A DNA stretch of 64,000 nucleotides from Callorhinchus milii. Lineage: Eukaryota. The DNA lies in contig NW_024704742.1 in the NCBI RefSeq assembly GCF_018977255.1, positions 73,968,001-74,032,000 of the forward strand. The letters are read 5' to 3'. Positions 27,861 to 40,859 of this stretch are shown here, piece after piece. Under the pieces are notes generated by a model, which worked only from the letters and a program-made list of their open reading frames with translations, was not told the DNA's origin and did no database searches. A program made the position numbers and the translations under genes. Each line of letters begins with the position of its first letter. Position 1 is the stretch's first letter.

Positions 27861-28428
27861 CTTTTATAAAAATACTTCTATCTGGATACATAATGTTGGT
27901 GCTTATTTATATTTTATGTGAACTGCAAGATGCTGCATTTTAATCTGATTTAAAAAGGGTAATGATATTTCTTCTGCTCTTTAGTTTTGTCACGTTTTAC
28001 ACTGTCTCATTATCATGTGCCTTAAAGTCAAAATCAGAAAAAATAAATGCTCCAATTTCCCCACTGTGACACTTTCCCCACACTTCGAGAAATTTTGACT
28101 TGGTACTTGGAGATGTTAAATCGAGGTCCCACCTGCCTGATCAGGTGGATGTTAAGGATCCCTTGTTATTACTTAAAATGAGAAGTGAGTTCCCCTCGTG
28201 TCTATTAACATCAGTTGATCTAACAGAGATCTGTTTGGAATGGTAGAGAAGGTTCAACAGGCAGCTCAATCTTGCATTAGAGTCCACTGAATATGCCACG
28301 AGGAGTGCTAGTATTAGTGTATCACTATATCCTGGTATTAATTTATTAAATAAACATAGGAATACATAAAAATTATACATTTAACTTTTCCTATTAAATC
28401 ATATGGTTTGAGGTTACGATGGCGTTCC

Positions 28429-28486
28429 CCATTAGGTGGCAGCAGAGCATTGCCTTTAAATTCATCTTTCCCTCTAGAGTGCGCTC
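28429..28486 (+). promoter_or_regulatory. Two CTCF-like motifs between the convergent DGKQ and DCAF10 3' ends
   Basis: CCATTAGGTGGCAGCA (28429-28444) and CCCTCTAGAGTGCGCTC (28470-28486) resemble the CCASYAGRKGGCRS consensus. Confidence 0.45.
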
Positions 28487-29689
28487 TTGTAGTATTTTCT
28501 TGGCATCACGTTTGCCGCCGGCAGTCAAAACATCCATTGAAAGAAACTTCTGCCTTTAGCATCAGTGCTATCACCGTTATCGGTTCTAAAGTCATAGGAG
28601 AAGAAGAATTTTACCATGATCTTTCAACTTTAACTTCATTCATCGAAGATCGTCTGTCACCAAGTGTCCTGTCCCATTGTGCTCCACAGATCACTCTCTG
28701 ACCAGATAACAGATCCTAGTTTCTCAGTAAGATCACCGAGACTTTCAGACACCAATTTGATTATCATAAAGATTTTACTATAAGCTTTATAGAAAATTAG
28801 TCAACAGTCATATAAATTTAACAAGACATATTGTCATAATGCTTTGACAATATTACTATAAACATTCAGCTCCAGAACCTCTAAAATGACTGATGTCATG
28901 TAGTGTCAGACTATGATGTATTCTTTCAAGACAGCTACTTTCTACAGTTATGTCCAATACTGAAAACATACTACTGTATTTCCTTGATTCTCTCTCATCC
29001 AAACTGCAGACTGTTCTAGCTCATTGCAATGTAATCATCTCTTTAGTTACATAATTAACTCTAGACACTTCCAGGTATCCTCGTGGCAGCCACTCAAGCA
29101 GAAGATTGCACCTGCAGAAGTTTTATCTGCAACTTAGCAAGTGTCCTTTGATCTAAGATCCTTGGATCTCTGAGCACTGGAAGTCCACAACCTCCCAGAG
29201 CATGTCCATCATCAGCAGCCATGTGGATCTCCTTTGAAGTCAGGTTAGACGTGTTGTTCAAAGGCAAACTAATTAGAAGCTAATGGACTCAGTTAAAGTA
29301 TAAACGTCTGATACAACTTACTGAAAGCCGTGAGCAACAAAAACCAAAAAGAAGACAACGAAGGATGCTTTGAAATATGCACAGCAATGGTCAGCAATAA
29401 ATACGGGCTGTCAAACATGAAAATGATTAAAAGGTATATTGGGAATCTCAAAACATAACAATGCTAAGAAGGTTGTACAACTTGTAACAATGCTAAAAAG
29501 GTTAAACAATTTGTGAAAGCATGCAATAATCAACAACATTGAAGAACAATCTATTCATCCTCATCTGTTAGTAAACAATTTAATCTTCGAGGCAGGTCAA
29601 GGCTTTGCTTTTCTCTTTCATGCTACTTGTATTTCTTCCCTTATTAACCTTTTCTTTTTAAAGTCCTGGAATGAGTCGTTGCTTCCCAG

Positions 29690-31033
29690 CGACATTCCTT
29701 CCTCTGCCCCTCTCCCTTCACAAACCTCTCCAATCAGGTTTCTGTGCTGCCACAGCAGAGAAACAGATTTGGTCGAAGTGACAAATGACATTCTGTCCAT
29801 CTGCGACCAGGGCTCCCTCTGCCTCCTCGTCCTCTCTGCTGCCTTCAAAGCCATTGACCACTCTATCCTCATCCACCACCTCTCCTCTCAACCTTCATGG
29901 TTCTGTCTTTGATTTAGTTCAGATCCTACCTCTCACACCGTCTCCACTTCATCTCCAGAAACGGTTTTCACCTCTAGCCCCCACACTGTTTCGTGCGGCG
30001 TTCCTCAGGCCTCTGTCCTTGGTCGCCTCCTTTTCAACATCTAAATAGTCCCTTTTGGTGACATCATCCACAGACATGGGGTCAACTTCCACATGTATGT
30101 GGATGACACCCAACTGTCTGCCTCCACCCTTGAATCCAGGACCACTGCTGTCCTGACAGAATGTGTGTCGGACATCAAGTCCTGGATGAGAGTTAACTTT
30201 CTACAGTTGAACCGAGGCTCTCCTGATTGGCTCCCGTCAGCACCTCCACACCTCAAGCGCTGACAGAATCACCATCCGAGGATGCACACTCCACCTCACT
30301 GAGTCAGTCTGGAACCTTGGCATCTTGTTTGACCCTTCTACCCCACATCCGCGCTATGACCTGCTCTGCCTTCCCCCACCTCTGCAACATCGCCCGGCTC
30401 TGCCACTCACTGTCTCACACCGCAGGCTGCCGAGACCTTCATACACGCATTCATAACATCCAGACTTGTCTGCAAACTCCCTGCTTGTTGGCCTCGCCAA
30501 CTCCTCCATCCATAGGCTGCAGATCATCCAGAACTCTGCAGCCCGTGTCCTCTCCTGCACCAGGGACCATGAACCAATCACCCCCATCTTCACCCGACTC
30601 CACTGGCTTCCCATCACACAGAGGATACAGTTCAAGATCCTGGTCCTCACCTTCAAAGCCCTCCACGGTCTTGCTCCCCCCCTACCTCTTCAATATCCTA
30701 ACCCTGTGCCATCCTACCCGCTCCCTCCACTCTGCAGGCTCCGGCCTTCTTCACGCCTTACGCTCACCCACCTCACCATTGTTGGGTGGGCCTTCAGCCA
30801 CACTGCCCCACCATCTGGAACTGCATCCTGCAGTCCCTGCGCCTCGCCCCTTCCTCCCGTGCCTCCTTCAAGACCCTCTTCTTCAAACACTCCTTCGATC
30901 ACCCTCCTTTCCCCGCTGCCCTCCACCCTCACAGACCCCAATCCCCAGCTCGGGTCCGGAATACTGATTATCCAACACCTTGGGACGTCCTCCCAATGTG
31001 AAAGGTGATATACAAATATAATTTTGTTGTTGT
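29690..31033 (+). mobile_element. L2 LINE 3' fragment (RT end to tail)
   Basis: VTNDIL, FHMYVDDTQL, QNSAAR, LHWLP and (TTG)n tail. Confidence 0.9.
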
Positions 31034-31295
31034 TAGAATCACAATGAATGAAAATGTCATCCTCTCTTTCATTTCCACTGCATCTAATAGATCATATTCT
31101 AATAATAACTGATCCCATTTCTTAAAAGTATTGAAAAGATATTTCAGTATTATTAAAACAGAATTAGATTGAGGGTGATGCCAATTGTTTTATGCCCAAA
31201 GACTAATTGCAATAATGGAGTATTGGAAATACAGTTCAGATTTGCAAGTACAGAAAATTACTCACCAGTGGTAAGATTTGGCTAAGGCCAATCAC

Positions 31296-31301
31296 TTTAT
31301 T
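31296..31301 (-). terminator. Candidate DCAF10 polyadenylation signal AATAAA
   Basis: tttatt on + strand, about 760 nt past the DCAF10 stop codon. Confidence 0.5.
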
Positions 31302-32056
31302 CCAAGTTAACTGCAACATTTATAGCCGCACAATTTTACATTAGCATATGGTGAGATTATGAAATACATTCAGCTTCTGTATGTTCTAAGTACAGTACTT
31401 TGTAATATTTAGTTTTCACATATACGGGCTACATACACATTTGTACATCTGAAATTAAATAATTTACTTACATTTTCTCACTAATTACTTATGTGTAACT
31501 GAAGTTGATCTAATATTTTTTCTATTTCTCCATTTTAATAAAAATGGTAAACTCAAATTAATGCAGTCCTACTTCTAATATACAGTACCGTTTTACAAAT
31601 GTTTCTAAATATGAACCACAAATCTGTAGTGTGTAAATGTTGATACAGTGTATTACTTTCAACCATCAATTCATTTCTAAGTATGAAAATAAGGTTTAAG
31701 GTAAACATTTAACACACAACAAAAGTCGTTTTAAGGGTCTTGATAGGTAGCAAAACTCCACGAGAAAAACACATTAGCACACCAGTTATAACTATAAAAT
31801 TGAGACCTGCTGGTTTGTTGTATTGCACTGAAATGCCAAATTGCATTTGGGTTTTAAACTGCTGACAAAATACCTTATCATTAATCACTAATTTTGATCT
31901 GCTCCAATTAACATTAAAAACAATTTGCTTTTGTAACAATCTGCCAAATTAGCTGCTCAAGTCAGCACTTCCTCAGCACCTTGGGATGTCCTCCCGACAT
32001 GAAAGGCGCTATACAAATGTATATTTGTTGTTGTTCCTACATGTAATTCAGGATAC

Positions 32057-32425
32057 TTAAAACTTTGGCCGATACAACAAAACATGTCCACTTAGGCATC
32101 CAGAGGCTAGCTGACAATGAGTGGGTGAAAACTTAGTTGTAAGTACAACATCACTGTGTGAATAAATAGTTCTGATCTCTTGCAGCTTGCTTGCATCTCT
32201 GGGTAAGCAATCACATAGTTCACTACATTGGGTGTCAAAACCTAACAAGCGAATCCCATAGCCATAAGGAGAGCAAATCAGTCGACCATCAGGACTGAAG
32301 CAAAGTTCTTTAATGTATCCACGGCCCACGTTAGCCTCTTCAATGTAATGCGTAAGAGAAAGGGAGCAACGAGGAGCTGCTGCCTGGACTGAAGGACCTT
32401 CCTGGAATTCATAGATGCAAGTCCA
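32057..32425 (-). CDS. DCAF10: DCAF10 exon 7, terminal (WTCIYEFQEG...GRGYIKELCFSPDGR...TTKFSPTHCQLASGCLSGHVLLYRPKF*)
   Basis: C-terminus nearly identical to vertebrate DCAF10/WDR32 as recalled; accag acceptor; TAA stop. Confidence 0.97.
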   Translation of the reverse strand, partial: WTCIYEFQEGPSVQAAAPRCSLSLTHYIEEANVGRGYIKELCFSPDGRLICSPYGYGIRLLGFDTQCSELCDCLPRDASKLQEIRTIYSHSDVVLTTKFSPTHCQLASGCLSGHVLLYRPKF

Positions 32426-33217
32426 CTGGTAACAATAAAAACAGAATGGAAGTTACTCTTCTGCATGCTTTTACATTCCTTATTATAAGAGAAGATGGCT
32501 TGATGTCTTCGTCCACTAGAAAATGACATTATGGTGTCTTTGAACAACATATTTTCAATTAACATAATGCTGCAGTTGCAGACATTCGAACTAGATAATA
32601 AACCTAAAATTGCTTTCCTGACATTTCTCTCAATATATTTCTGATATTGCATTGAATGAGGTGTTCAAAATATAAATTTTTAATTGAAGATAAATAGAGG
32701 TGACAGTATTTATAATAGGAAGTACTTCTCCCCTCCTCCAATCTAGATGAATTATTTGAGGAAAAAAACTATCCTGTAGAAGTTAATGAAATACAAGTTT
32801 ATTTTCGTCTGATAGAGAACTGCCCTTTCAGATAACCTGTCAACATAATAACTCAAATTGGCATCCCTTCGGACCCTGGATTTTGTTCAATTCAAGATGT
32901 GTATCTAGTCAGTAATGAAGATTTCCAAAAGTACTCAGCCAGAACCAAATCTTATTGGCTTAGATGGTTGGTTATGGATTGGAGTGCAGGATCAAAATAA
33001 ATAAATCTTTCTTACTCTTGTGCAACCATTTGTCAAACAGAACTGCAGTTGATCTTTGGAGGAGGAGAGTAGAGAGGAGTGGGGGTAAAGAATAGCTTTA
33101 ATTTTAAATACCTTCCACAAAATATGATTTCCTAATCTTTACTTACCTAGATGAGTAATGGATTAACATTAAAAAGAGTTCCCCCAATATCTAAATTCTA
33201 CTTTAAAAATCCCTCAC

Positions 33218-33363
33218 CTCCTGGTCATCTGTGTTGCTTGTGCATCTAATTAACGCAGCCCAACCTTTGGGATGAAGTTGCAGTGATGTAATACAACTCC
33301 CACGAAACTTTTCGGCAGGAATCTCTGGCGTTAAAACTTCTAGACTATTTCTTGGTGAGCCGC
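33218..33363 (-). CDS. DCAF10: DCAF10 exon 6 (GSPRNSLEVLTPEIPAEKFRGSCITSLQLHPKGWAALIRCTSNTDDQE)
   Basis: ttttacag acceptor, GAG|gtgagg donor; 'CITSLQLHPKGWA' match. Confidence 0.96.
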
Positions 33364-35549
33364 CTGTAAAAAAAATTGTATTCATAACCACTTAACCCTC
33401 AAATTATTCTATCATTCAATCCTTTCAAAAACTCTGCTGCTCTCTGATGCCGATTACAAACCAGATTGACGTAAATTGTATATAAAGGTAGAAATACAAT
33501 TTACAATTATAAATCCATAAACTGGATTTTTTAATACAGAACTGACAGCAGAAGAAATCAGCCTTATTAAGTTTAGAATGGAATCTCTAAGTTTGAAACA
33601 CTATCAGTGTACATTGGATAAATGTACTTTCACCGCATCATTATGGGATCTCAAATGCAACAATTTTAAATGGGTTTAGGACTCTCACAAATGGGGTTTC
33701 CTTTCTAGCTGATACATGTTCAGGTCTGCATAGACTCTGCTCTGAATCAATCTATTATGTGTTTACATGATTTGTTTTCTGTAACCAGCAGGAAGTTGGT
33801 TTCAAGGGAAAGCTTGCTAGACAGTGCCCTAAATGGCAAGCTGTGGTTTTAGCGCCTTGGGACGTCCTCCTGATGTGGAAGGCGCAACTTCCTGCTGGCT
33901 CCCCTGGGACAACTGACCATGAACCTGATGAGGAATGTGAAGGTTGAACCATCCCTCTATCGCCATCTTGTTCCTGAGCCAGGCCCCCGAACATTCGCAC
34001 AAGTCTCTGTGTTTGATTGGTAGCGTGTCTTCAGTTTCTCTTGCTTGAATATTTTTTGATTTATGACATGAATCAAGAAATATTCAATAAAGAAAAATGA
34101 TTTTGGTGGCCGGCCATAAAGCCCGTAAAGGTTGTCCACCACTGATCCAGGCTGACACGTGAACAATGGTCACTGGTGAAACTCACAAGCTTCAAGGTAG
34201 AGAATTTTTTTCGATTTTTTTTGGAGCCATCGTAGTTTATTTGGTCAGCCAGGTGTGATACATGCGGTAACCCATCACCATGCTTAAGAGTATCCAAACC
34301 AAGCTGAGATTTCCATGCATCCCACCTCTACATGGAAATCCCAGAGATGTTTATTGGAATGGAATGCAGAATCTCTCCTTGGAGGGACACACCCTGCTTA
34401 CCCAAATCCACAAAGTATTAGGTTGGCAGCAGTGAAAGCTTAGGGACCCCAGGAGTGTGTTGGGGTACTGCTGGAGTCTATCCAACTAAAACAACAACAA
34501 AATTACATTTGTAAAGCGCCTTCCACATCAGGACGACATCCCAAGGCACTAAAACCACATAGCTTGCCATTCAGGGCACTGTCTAGCAAGCTTTCCCTCT
34601 GCTTGTCCAACTAGAACCACCCTACCCATTAATGCTGTGTCTTATAGAGGTAACAGGAGCTGAGTGGGAGGATTCCCTGGCCCCAGTGACTAGTTTACCC
34701 TTCCAGGTGCTACCGATGAGCCAGGCTGGCTGTGCTGTTATCAGCAATGCCCTGGAATACTGCAAACCCATCTGGTTCGGGCACGAGATGGCCACAGAGA
34801 AATGGCTGAATTCTGAGCTGGTGATAAGAGCACTGCAGAAGAAGGTTGCTAGATTACTCTCTTAAATTTGCTTTCTAACCTCAAAAATGACCTGATCCAT
34901 CAGAATAAACTAAAGGCAGTGCTTTGCTAAGGTTGATGACTTCCCTAAGACCTGCAAAATCATCCGAAACCATAAGAAACACAGTTGGACATTGTTCAGC
35001 CTATTGTATGAATATCTTCCAATAAAACTGTCCTAATGCTCAAACCCAGAAGTGGCAAAGCTAATACCCAAATGCGTTTGAAATAAGCCGCCTACAAAAG
35101 TGTCTCATTTTGGTTCTGGATAAGATTTATAATTGATGAATTTGCTAGCTTTGCTAGAACAATTAAAGGTCATATTTAGAGCTGTTGAAAATGTATGCAG
35201 AGCTCCAACTGAAGCAGGATAGATGTGGTAGGTCTTGCCCATTCGTTTCACCCACAAAATATATAGTCAATTCACTTAGCAGTATATTCTGTGAAGCGCT
35301 TTGAGACTTTTAGAAGACGTGATAAGGTGCTATATCAAATACAAGGATTATTATTCTCCCCACTGGTGACTACTTTTGGCAGCATCATTTCTAAAAAATG
35401 GCATGAGAAACTACAAAATGTCAATGGAGAGAAAGGAACATGATCACCCAGAGCAAACACATTCAGACACAATCAAGTCATAGTGGTCTAAACATCAAAG
35501 ATTCTTTCCAACTGACTGGTCAGTGGTTCAATCTTCATCAAAACATTAC

Positions 35550-35663
35550 CTTCTCTCTCTGCCTGCACACGAGATTGTGATGTATATTTTTCAATGTTTT
35601 GGCTTGCGCCTATCTGATGACTATGCGATCGTAAATTAGGCAAGCTGGAAGTAGTTGTCAAAT
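35550..35663 (-). CDS. DCAF10: DCAF10 exon 5, low-conservation linker (DLTTTSSLPNLRSHSHQIGASQNIEKYTSQSRVQAEREG)
   Basis: tctag acceptor, G|gtaatg donor; phase 1-1 bridges exons 4 and 6; begins DLTT and ends REG as in the mammalian protein. Confidence 0.88.
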
Positions 35664-37337
35664 CTAGAGAAATCAAAAGAAATGTAGGTAAGCTTTTAAA
35701 TGTTAAAATGATGTCAGAAGCTTCTCAGCATGAAATTCACTAACATTCAAGTGGATGGTATAAATTTGGGAATCATACACCTTCACAAGATAACATCTAT
35801 GGGTATAGCTCAAAAAACACAATCAGTCCTTCATCAATAGAGGACACTAACCCCTATCAATGTGAGGGCAGATTTAAAATAACCAACATAAAGATGCCAT
35901 CAAAAGGACCCTACCTACCTCTGGGAATCCAGGGTTGGCAATCTTCATGAATTATGACCTGGCAAAAGCAATAAATTAGCAAAGCTGGAAAAATATTCTG
36001 AGATCTCACAGCAAACACAAAAACTATTAAACCGTTCACATCCTGAACCTCTCAAGTTCCCTATTTAAAATGTTAACTCTGGATCAAATGGCTGAGCTCA
36101 AAGCCCAGACTGACATTCCAGTGCAGTGTGGAGTAGTTGAATGTTGCATTGTAAAAAGTGCTAACCTTTGGAAGAGATGTTAAACTATGGTCTTCCTGCT
36201 TAGCTGGATGTTAAAGATATCATGACGCTAGTTTAAAAAAAGTGTTCTAGCCAACAATCCACCAGATAAATTGATCATTTCATGGCTGTTGTGGGGCTTT
36301 GCTGCGCACAGATTGGCTGCTGCAATAAATAGTCACTACACTTAACAACAGTTATTTGTGAAGCATTTTCTCATTTCTCATTTATGTTTTAACGCAATAC
36401 AGTTTACATTTAAATGGGCCCTTTCCCGTTGGGAGGATGTATCAAAGCCATTCAACAGCTGGTTGGGCAAGTGAGTTTGAAGCAGGCGAAGCAGCATAAA
36501 CAATATAAGTGCTACACCAAATGCAATGATCGTTATATTATGATCAAGTCCAGGTTTGACTACGCCAACTCTGCTCATCAGGTTTCCAAACTCTTTCCGT
36601 CACAAGCTGCAGACCATCCATTCTCTAGAACTCCATCCTAGAGTCTCCTCGCCTCTTCCCTCCTACAAGGTCCAACTCAAGACCTTCCTCTTTGACAAAC
36701 CTTCTAATATCTCCTCCCTCCACCCAAATCCAAACCCTGGACCGTGCAGTGCCTTGGGTTCTAACTCTCATTGAATTAAAAACATGCGGGTAACCCAAAT
36801 CACACATCTCAAGAGTGGTTTAAGGTGGGAACGGGAACCAGAAAAGTCAAGCCATCATGGCAGACAAAATACAACATTAAACTTAAGGTATCTCTTAACG
36901 GGTAGGTGGTATCTACAAGACAGCACTTTGGAGAAAACAATCTCCCCATCCTTCGAATACTGATTTTAAGATTTAATTGTGCAAGTCCTTGTAGAAACAA
37001 TACAACTCATTCATCTACAATTTTTTTAAGCTACCAATATTGATTGGTACCTAACAAAACATAATAGACTATCTAAACTTAAAGAGCAAAAACATGCAAG
37101 AGTTAATCTACAGTTGTTAAATATGAAATCCATAAGTTACATAAAAAATACATAAGGAATAAGAGGATTAAAATTCAAATAAAAAGGAGTTTAAGGTTAT
37201 CTAAAACCTAATAGCGAAAGATTATGTTAGACAAGCTAAAGATGACAGCAAAACCCTTTTACAGAATTCAGCTAAGTAAACAGCACAGTGTGAAATAAGG
37301 AACAAGTCCATTAAGAAATAAATTGGACAGTAATTGT

Positions 37338-37472
37338 CTCCGCTCAGCTGGCGCCAGCTTCCTTCTCCGCTCAGCCGGCTCCAGCCTCCTTCTCCGCTCA
37401 GCTGGCGCCAGCTTCCTTCTCCGCTCAGCCGGCTCCAGCCTCCTTCTCCGCTCAGCTGGCGCCAGCTTCCTG
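37338..37472. repeat. 27-bp x5 minisatellite (ABABA) inside an L2 3' fragment that runs to ~37720
   Basis: A=ctccgctcagctggcgccagcttcctt, B=ctccgctcagccggctccagcctcctt. Confidence 0.92.
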
Positions 37473-38349
37473 CTCGTTTCTCGTCCCCTCCACAACTAGC
37501 AGCTTTGCTTTCAGCCACCATACCCCCAAAATTTGGAACTCTCCCTCAATCTCTCCACCTTGCCCCCACTTTCCCCTTTTTTCAATTCATGTCAGAAGAC
37601 CTTCGTCTTCAACTGCTTATGGCAACCCCATCCTTTCCCTGGCTTGGCGTCAGGCTCCACCACTGTTAAGCGCTCCAAGACACTACCGCAAGTGAAGGGC
37701 GCTATATAAACGCAAGCTGTTGAGAATTCAAGATTCTTACTGGAGTATGAGAAGTTCGGAACAACTTCTTCCAGAAGGTTATCAGGATACGGAAAAATTT
37801 GCCAATTTTGGCAGAGTGGATGGGGACTTTTAAAATAGAATCAGACAACAAATGCAGATGAAGTGTTGACTAACATGGGGAAAAGAGCAGGGATTTGGGA
37901 TTAAAATTTTCAGTGTATCGTCCTCTTTGACCGCGCTTGCGGCCATCTTCCCCCCCTAACCCTCGCATCCCAACGCCCTGCTCAGGTGCACATTCTGGAC
38001 TGTTCAGAGCCTTGGGACATTCTCCTGACATGAAAGGCGCTATAGAAATATAAATTTGTATTGTAAAATAGATGTCTTCTTGAAGGAGCAAACACTGACC
38101 AAAAAAAAGGCCGAATGGCTTCCTACTATCATACAATTCTAAATGTACACAAATCAGTATAGAAGCAAATAACACAGCAAGAATTTCAATAGAATATTTT
38201 AAATTTCTTTACATCTAAATACTAGATTCAAAATCAATGTACAATTGTCTTCAATACACACTCACTTACAAAACATACTCATAGCACATTTCAGTAAATT
38301 CTGTGAAACACTCGAGATGTCCCCCTGAAATGAATCGTTCTGTATCATA

Positions 38350-38762
38350 CCCGTACTAAACTCCGTAGCCCCATCACACCAGTTCTAGCCAGGATCCACT
38401 GGCCCCCTATTGCTCACACTCGTCTTCAAATCTCTTCATGCACTGGCACCTCCCTCCCTCTCCAACCTGCTTACCCCCCCAACCCACTACTCAATGCCTC
38501 CACTCGACTAGTTCCGGCCTCTTGCTCGTCCCCCGTACCTTTCATTCCACCATCTGTAGCCGGGCTTTCAGCCAATACGCCCCGAGACTCTGGAACACTC
38601 TTCCTCTATCTCTTCGCCTTGATCCCTCCATCCCCATCTTAAGGTCATGCCATAGGCACATACGGTCATCTCCCCCTTGCCCCGGTGTCGTGTTCCACCA
38701 CTGTCAAGCGCTCTAGGACTTTACCCTGCATGAGGGGCGCTATATAAATGCAAGTTGTTGTT
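38350..38762 (+). mobile_element. L2 3' fragment of a second subfamily
   Basis: RAFSQYAPRLWN remnant; tail agcgctct...accctgcatgaggggcgctatataaatgcaagttgttg. Confidence 0.8.
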
Positions 38763-38871
38763 ATATCAAATGTAAGGATTGTTAGTACTTTAAACCTTGT
38801 GATGTTTTTGAGGAAGAAACAGTGGACATCTTGTCAGTCAACACAAAACACTAAGTGCTAAATGGACTAAC

Positions 38872-39071
38872 CTGTGCCTGAAGCAGAACGCTTGCCTCGT
38901 AAACTGCGGGTGGAAACTTCTAATGACTGGGTTAAATCAAGGTCATGAAGAATTAGAAGATAGCCAGATGATGTTGATATTAGCATCTTTGAACAATCTG
39001 GTGTCAAACGCATTCGCATTAGATAACGCGTGTGAAAGAATTTTTTGTGTGGGCAGCCATCTTCTGTGAAT
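38872..39071 (-). CDS. DCAF10: DCAF10 exon 4 (FTEDGCPHKKFFHTRYLMRMRLTPDCSKMLISTSSGYLLILHDLDL...)
   Basis: tgcag acceptor, G|gttagt donor; strong peptide match. Confidence 0.97.
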
Positions 39072-39379
39072 CTGCATTAAAAGGTATTAATATTAATGAA
39101 CATCAAAATTATTCGAAAAATAGTCCTAGCTAAATTAATGCTCGACACACATTTGGTATAATATACAGCTCCTAGATTACTGCTGTAGCTTTGGTAGATG
39201 GTGGTATCATGAAAGCCACTCTTTAGTAAAAGGGGGATGCAAGCTGAACTGGCTCCAAGGAATATCAGAATCGAGTCAACCCTCTGCAGCGGTCTTGGCC
39301 CAGAGACGTTTACAAATGTAGTTATGATACCCTAAATACAATCTGACATTTCTTTGAGTTGAGTGCATCTAGACGTATA

Positions 39380-40410
39380 TAACAACAAAATTACATTTAT
39401 AGAGCACATTTCACGTCGGGAGGACATCCCAAGGCGCTGGACAGTCAGGGATCAGGACCAGAGCACAGGGGATAGGTGGGGTACGGGTGAGGGAAGGCAG
39501 AGAGGTGGGAGGGAGACCGAAGGCACGATCGAAGAGGGGGGGTCTTGAGACCGGCCTTGAAGGAGGCAAGGGAGGAAGCGAGGCGAAGGGACTGTGGGAT
39601 GGAGTTCCAGAGTGTGGGGGCAGAGAAGCTGAAAGCTCGGCCACCGATGGTAGGGCGGGTCGGGCAGGCGATATGGAGTGGGCCAGAGCCCGCTGAACGA
39701 AGGAAACGCGCAGGTTGGTAGGGAGTCAGCAGGTCAGAGAAGCAGAAGAGTACAAGCTGCAGAGTTTTGGATGATCTGCAGCTTGTGAAGGGAAGAGTTG
39801 GGAAGGCCGATGAAGAGGGAGTTCCCGTAATCGAGCCTTGATGTGACGAATGTGTGGGTGAGGGTTTCGGCAGCCTGAGGGGTGAGGCAGTGGCAGAGTC
39901 TGGCAATGTTGCGGAGGTGGTGGTAGGCAGTGCCGGTCATGGCCAGATGTGGGGGAGAAAGGACAGTTCAGGGTCAAACAAGATACCCAGATTCCTGACT
40001 GGTTTAGTGAGGTTGAGTGTGCAGCTGTTGATGCTGACACTGCCCGCGCCGATGGTGCGGAGGCACTAGCGCGAGCCAATCAGGAGGGCCTTGGTCTTGC
40101 TAACTTTCAGCTGGAGAAAGTTGTCCCTCGTTCAGGACTTGATGTCGGACAAGCAGTCGGTCAGGACTCCAGTTGTCCTGGAGTCGAGGGTGGAGGCAGA
40201 GAGATAGAGTTTGGTGTCATCCGCAAACATGTGGAAGTTTACCCCATGTCTGCGGATGACCAAGGGGGAGCATGTAGAGGGTGAAGAGGAGGGGACCGAG
40301 GACAGAGCCCTAAGGAACGCCACATGAGACGGTGCGGGGCTTGAGGAGAAGCTGTTTGCAACAACAACAAAATTACATTTATAGAGCGCCTTTCACGTCG
40401 GGAGGACGTG
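39380..40410 (-). mobile_element. L2 LINE 3' fragment plus an adjacent tail-only copy
   Basis: FHMFADDTKLY, SRLDYGNSL, QNSAA, GGRAFSFSAPTLWNSIP and tail. Confidence 0.9.
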
Positions 40411-40506
40411 GTTAAATCTACACAATCCATGTGTTCAACACCATGACTTATTTTAGTTTTAACACTCGACCAAAATAAAGGGATTGTTGGAAAAAATAAC
40501 ACCAAC

Positions 40507-40704
40507 CTATTTGTGTCCCATGTGATTACATTCCCATCAAATCCTGACGTCACTAAGAGTCTTGTGTTAGTGTCATATTCAATGTTCTTTACCCAGCTCG
40601 TATGGCCATGCAAGGTGCAGACCTTTGAGTTGAGGTTACGTAAATCCCATAGTGCTACTGTAGTATCATCAGAGCAGGTCGCAAATAGCCTGTTGTCAAG
40701 GAAC
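40507..40704 (-). CDS. DCAF10: DCAF10 exon 3, WD40 repeats (FLDNRLFATCSDDTTVALWDLRN...SGFDGNVITWDTNR)
   Basis: WD dipeptides and WDxR (DWD) box; tttag acceptor, AG|gttggt donor. Confidence 0.97.
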
Positions 40705-40859
40705 CTAAAAGAGAAGCATAAGATAAGCTGCATTTTGAGAACTACAACACATTCAATATTCTCAGAATTTAGCAGGAGTTACATTAAAAGATATACAATA
40801 AATGGCATCTGGCAAACTAACAAACATTTAAAGTATCAATACAACTGGTCTGCTCCCTA

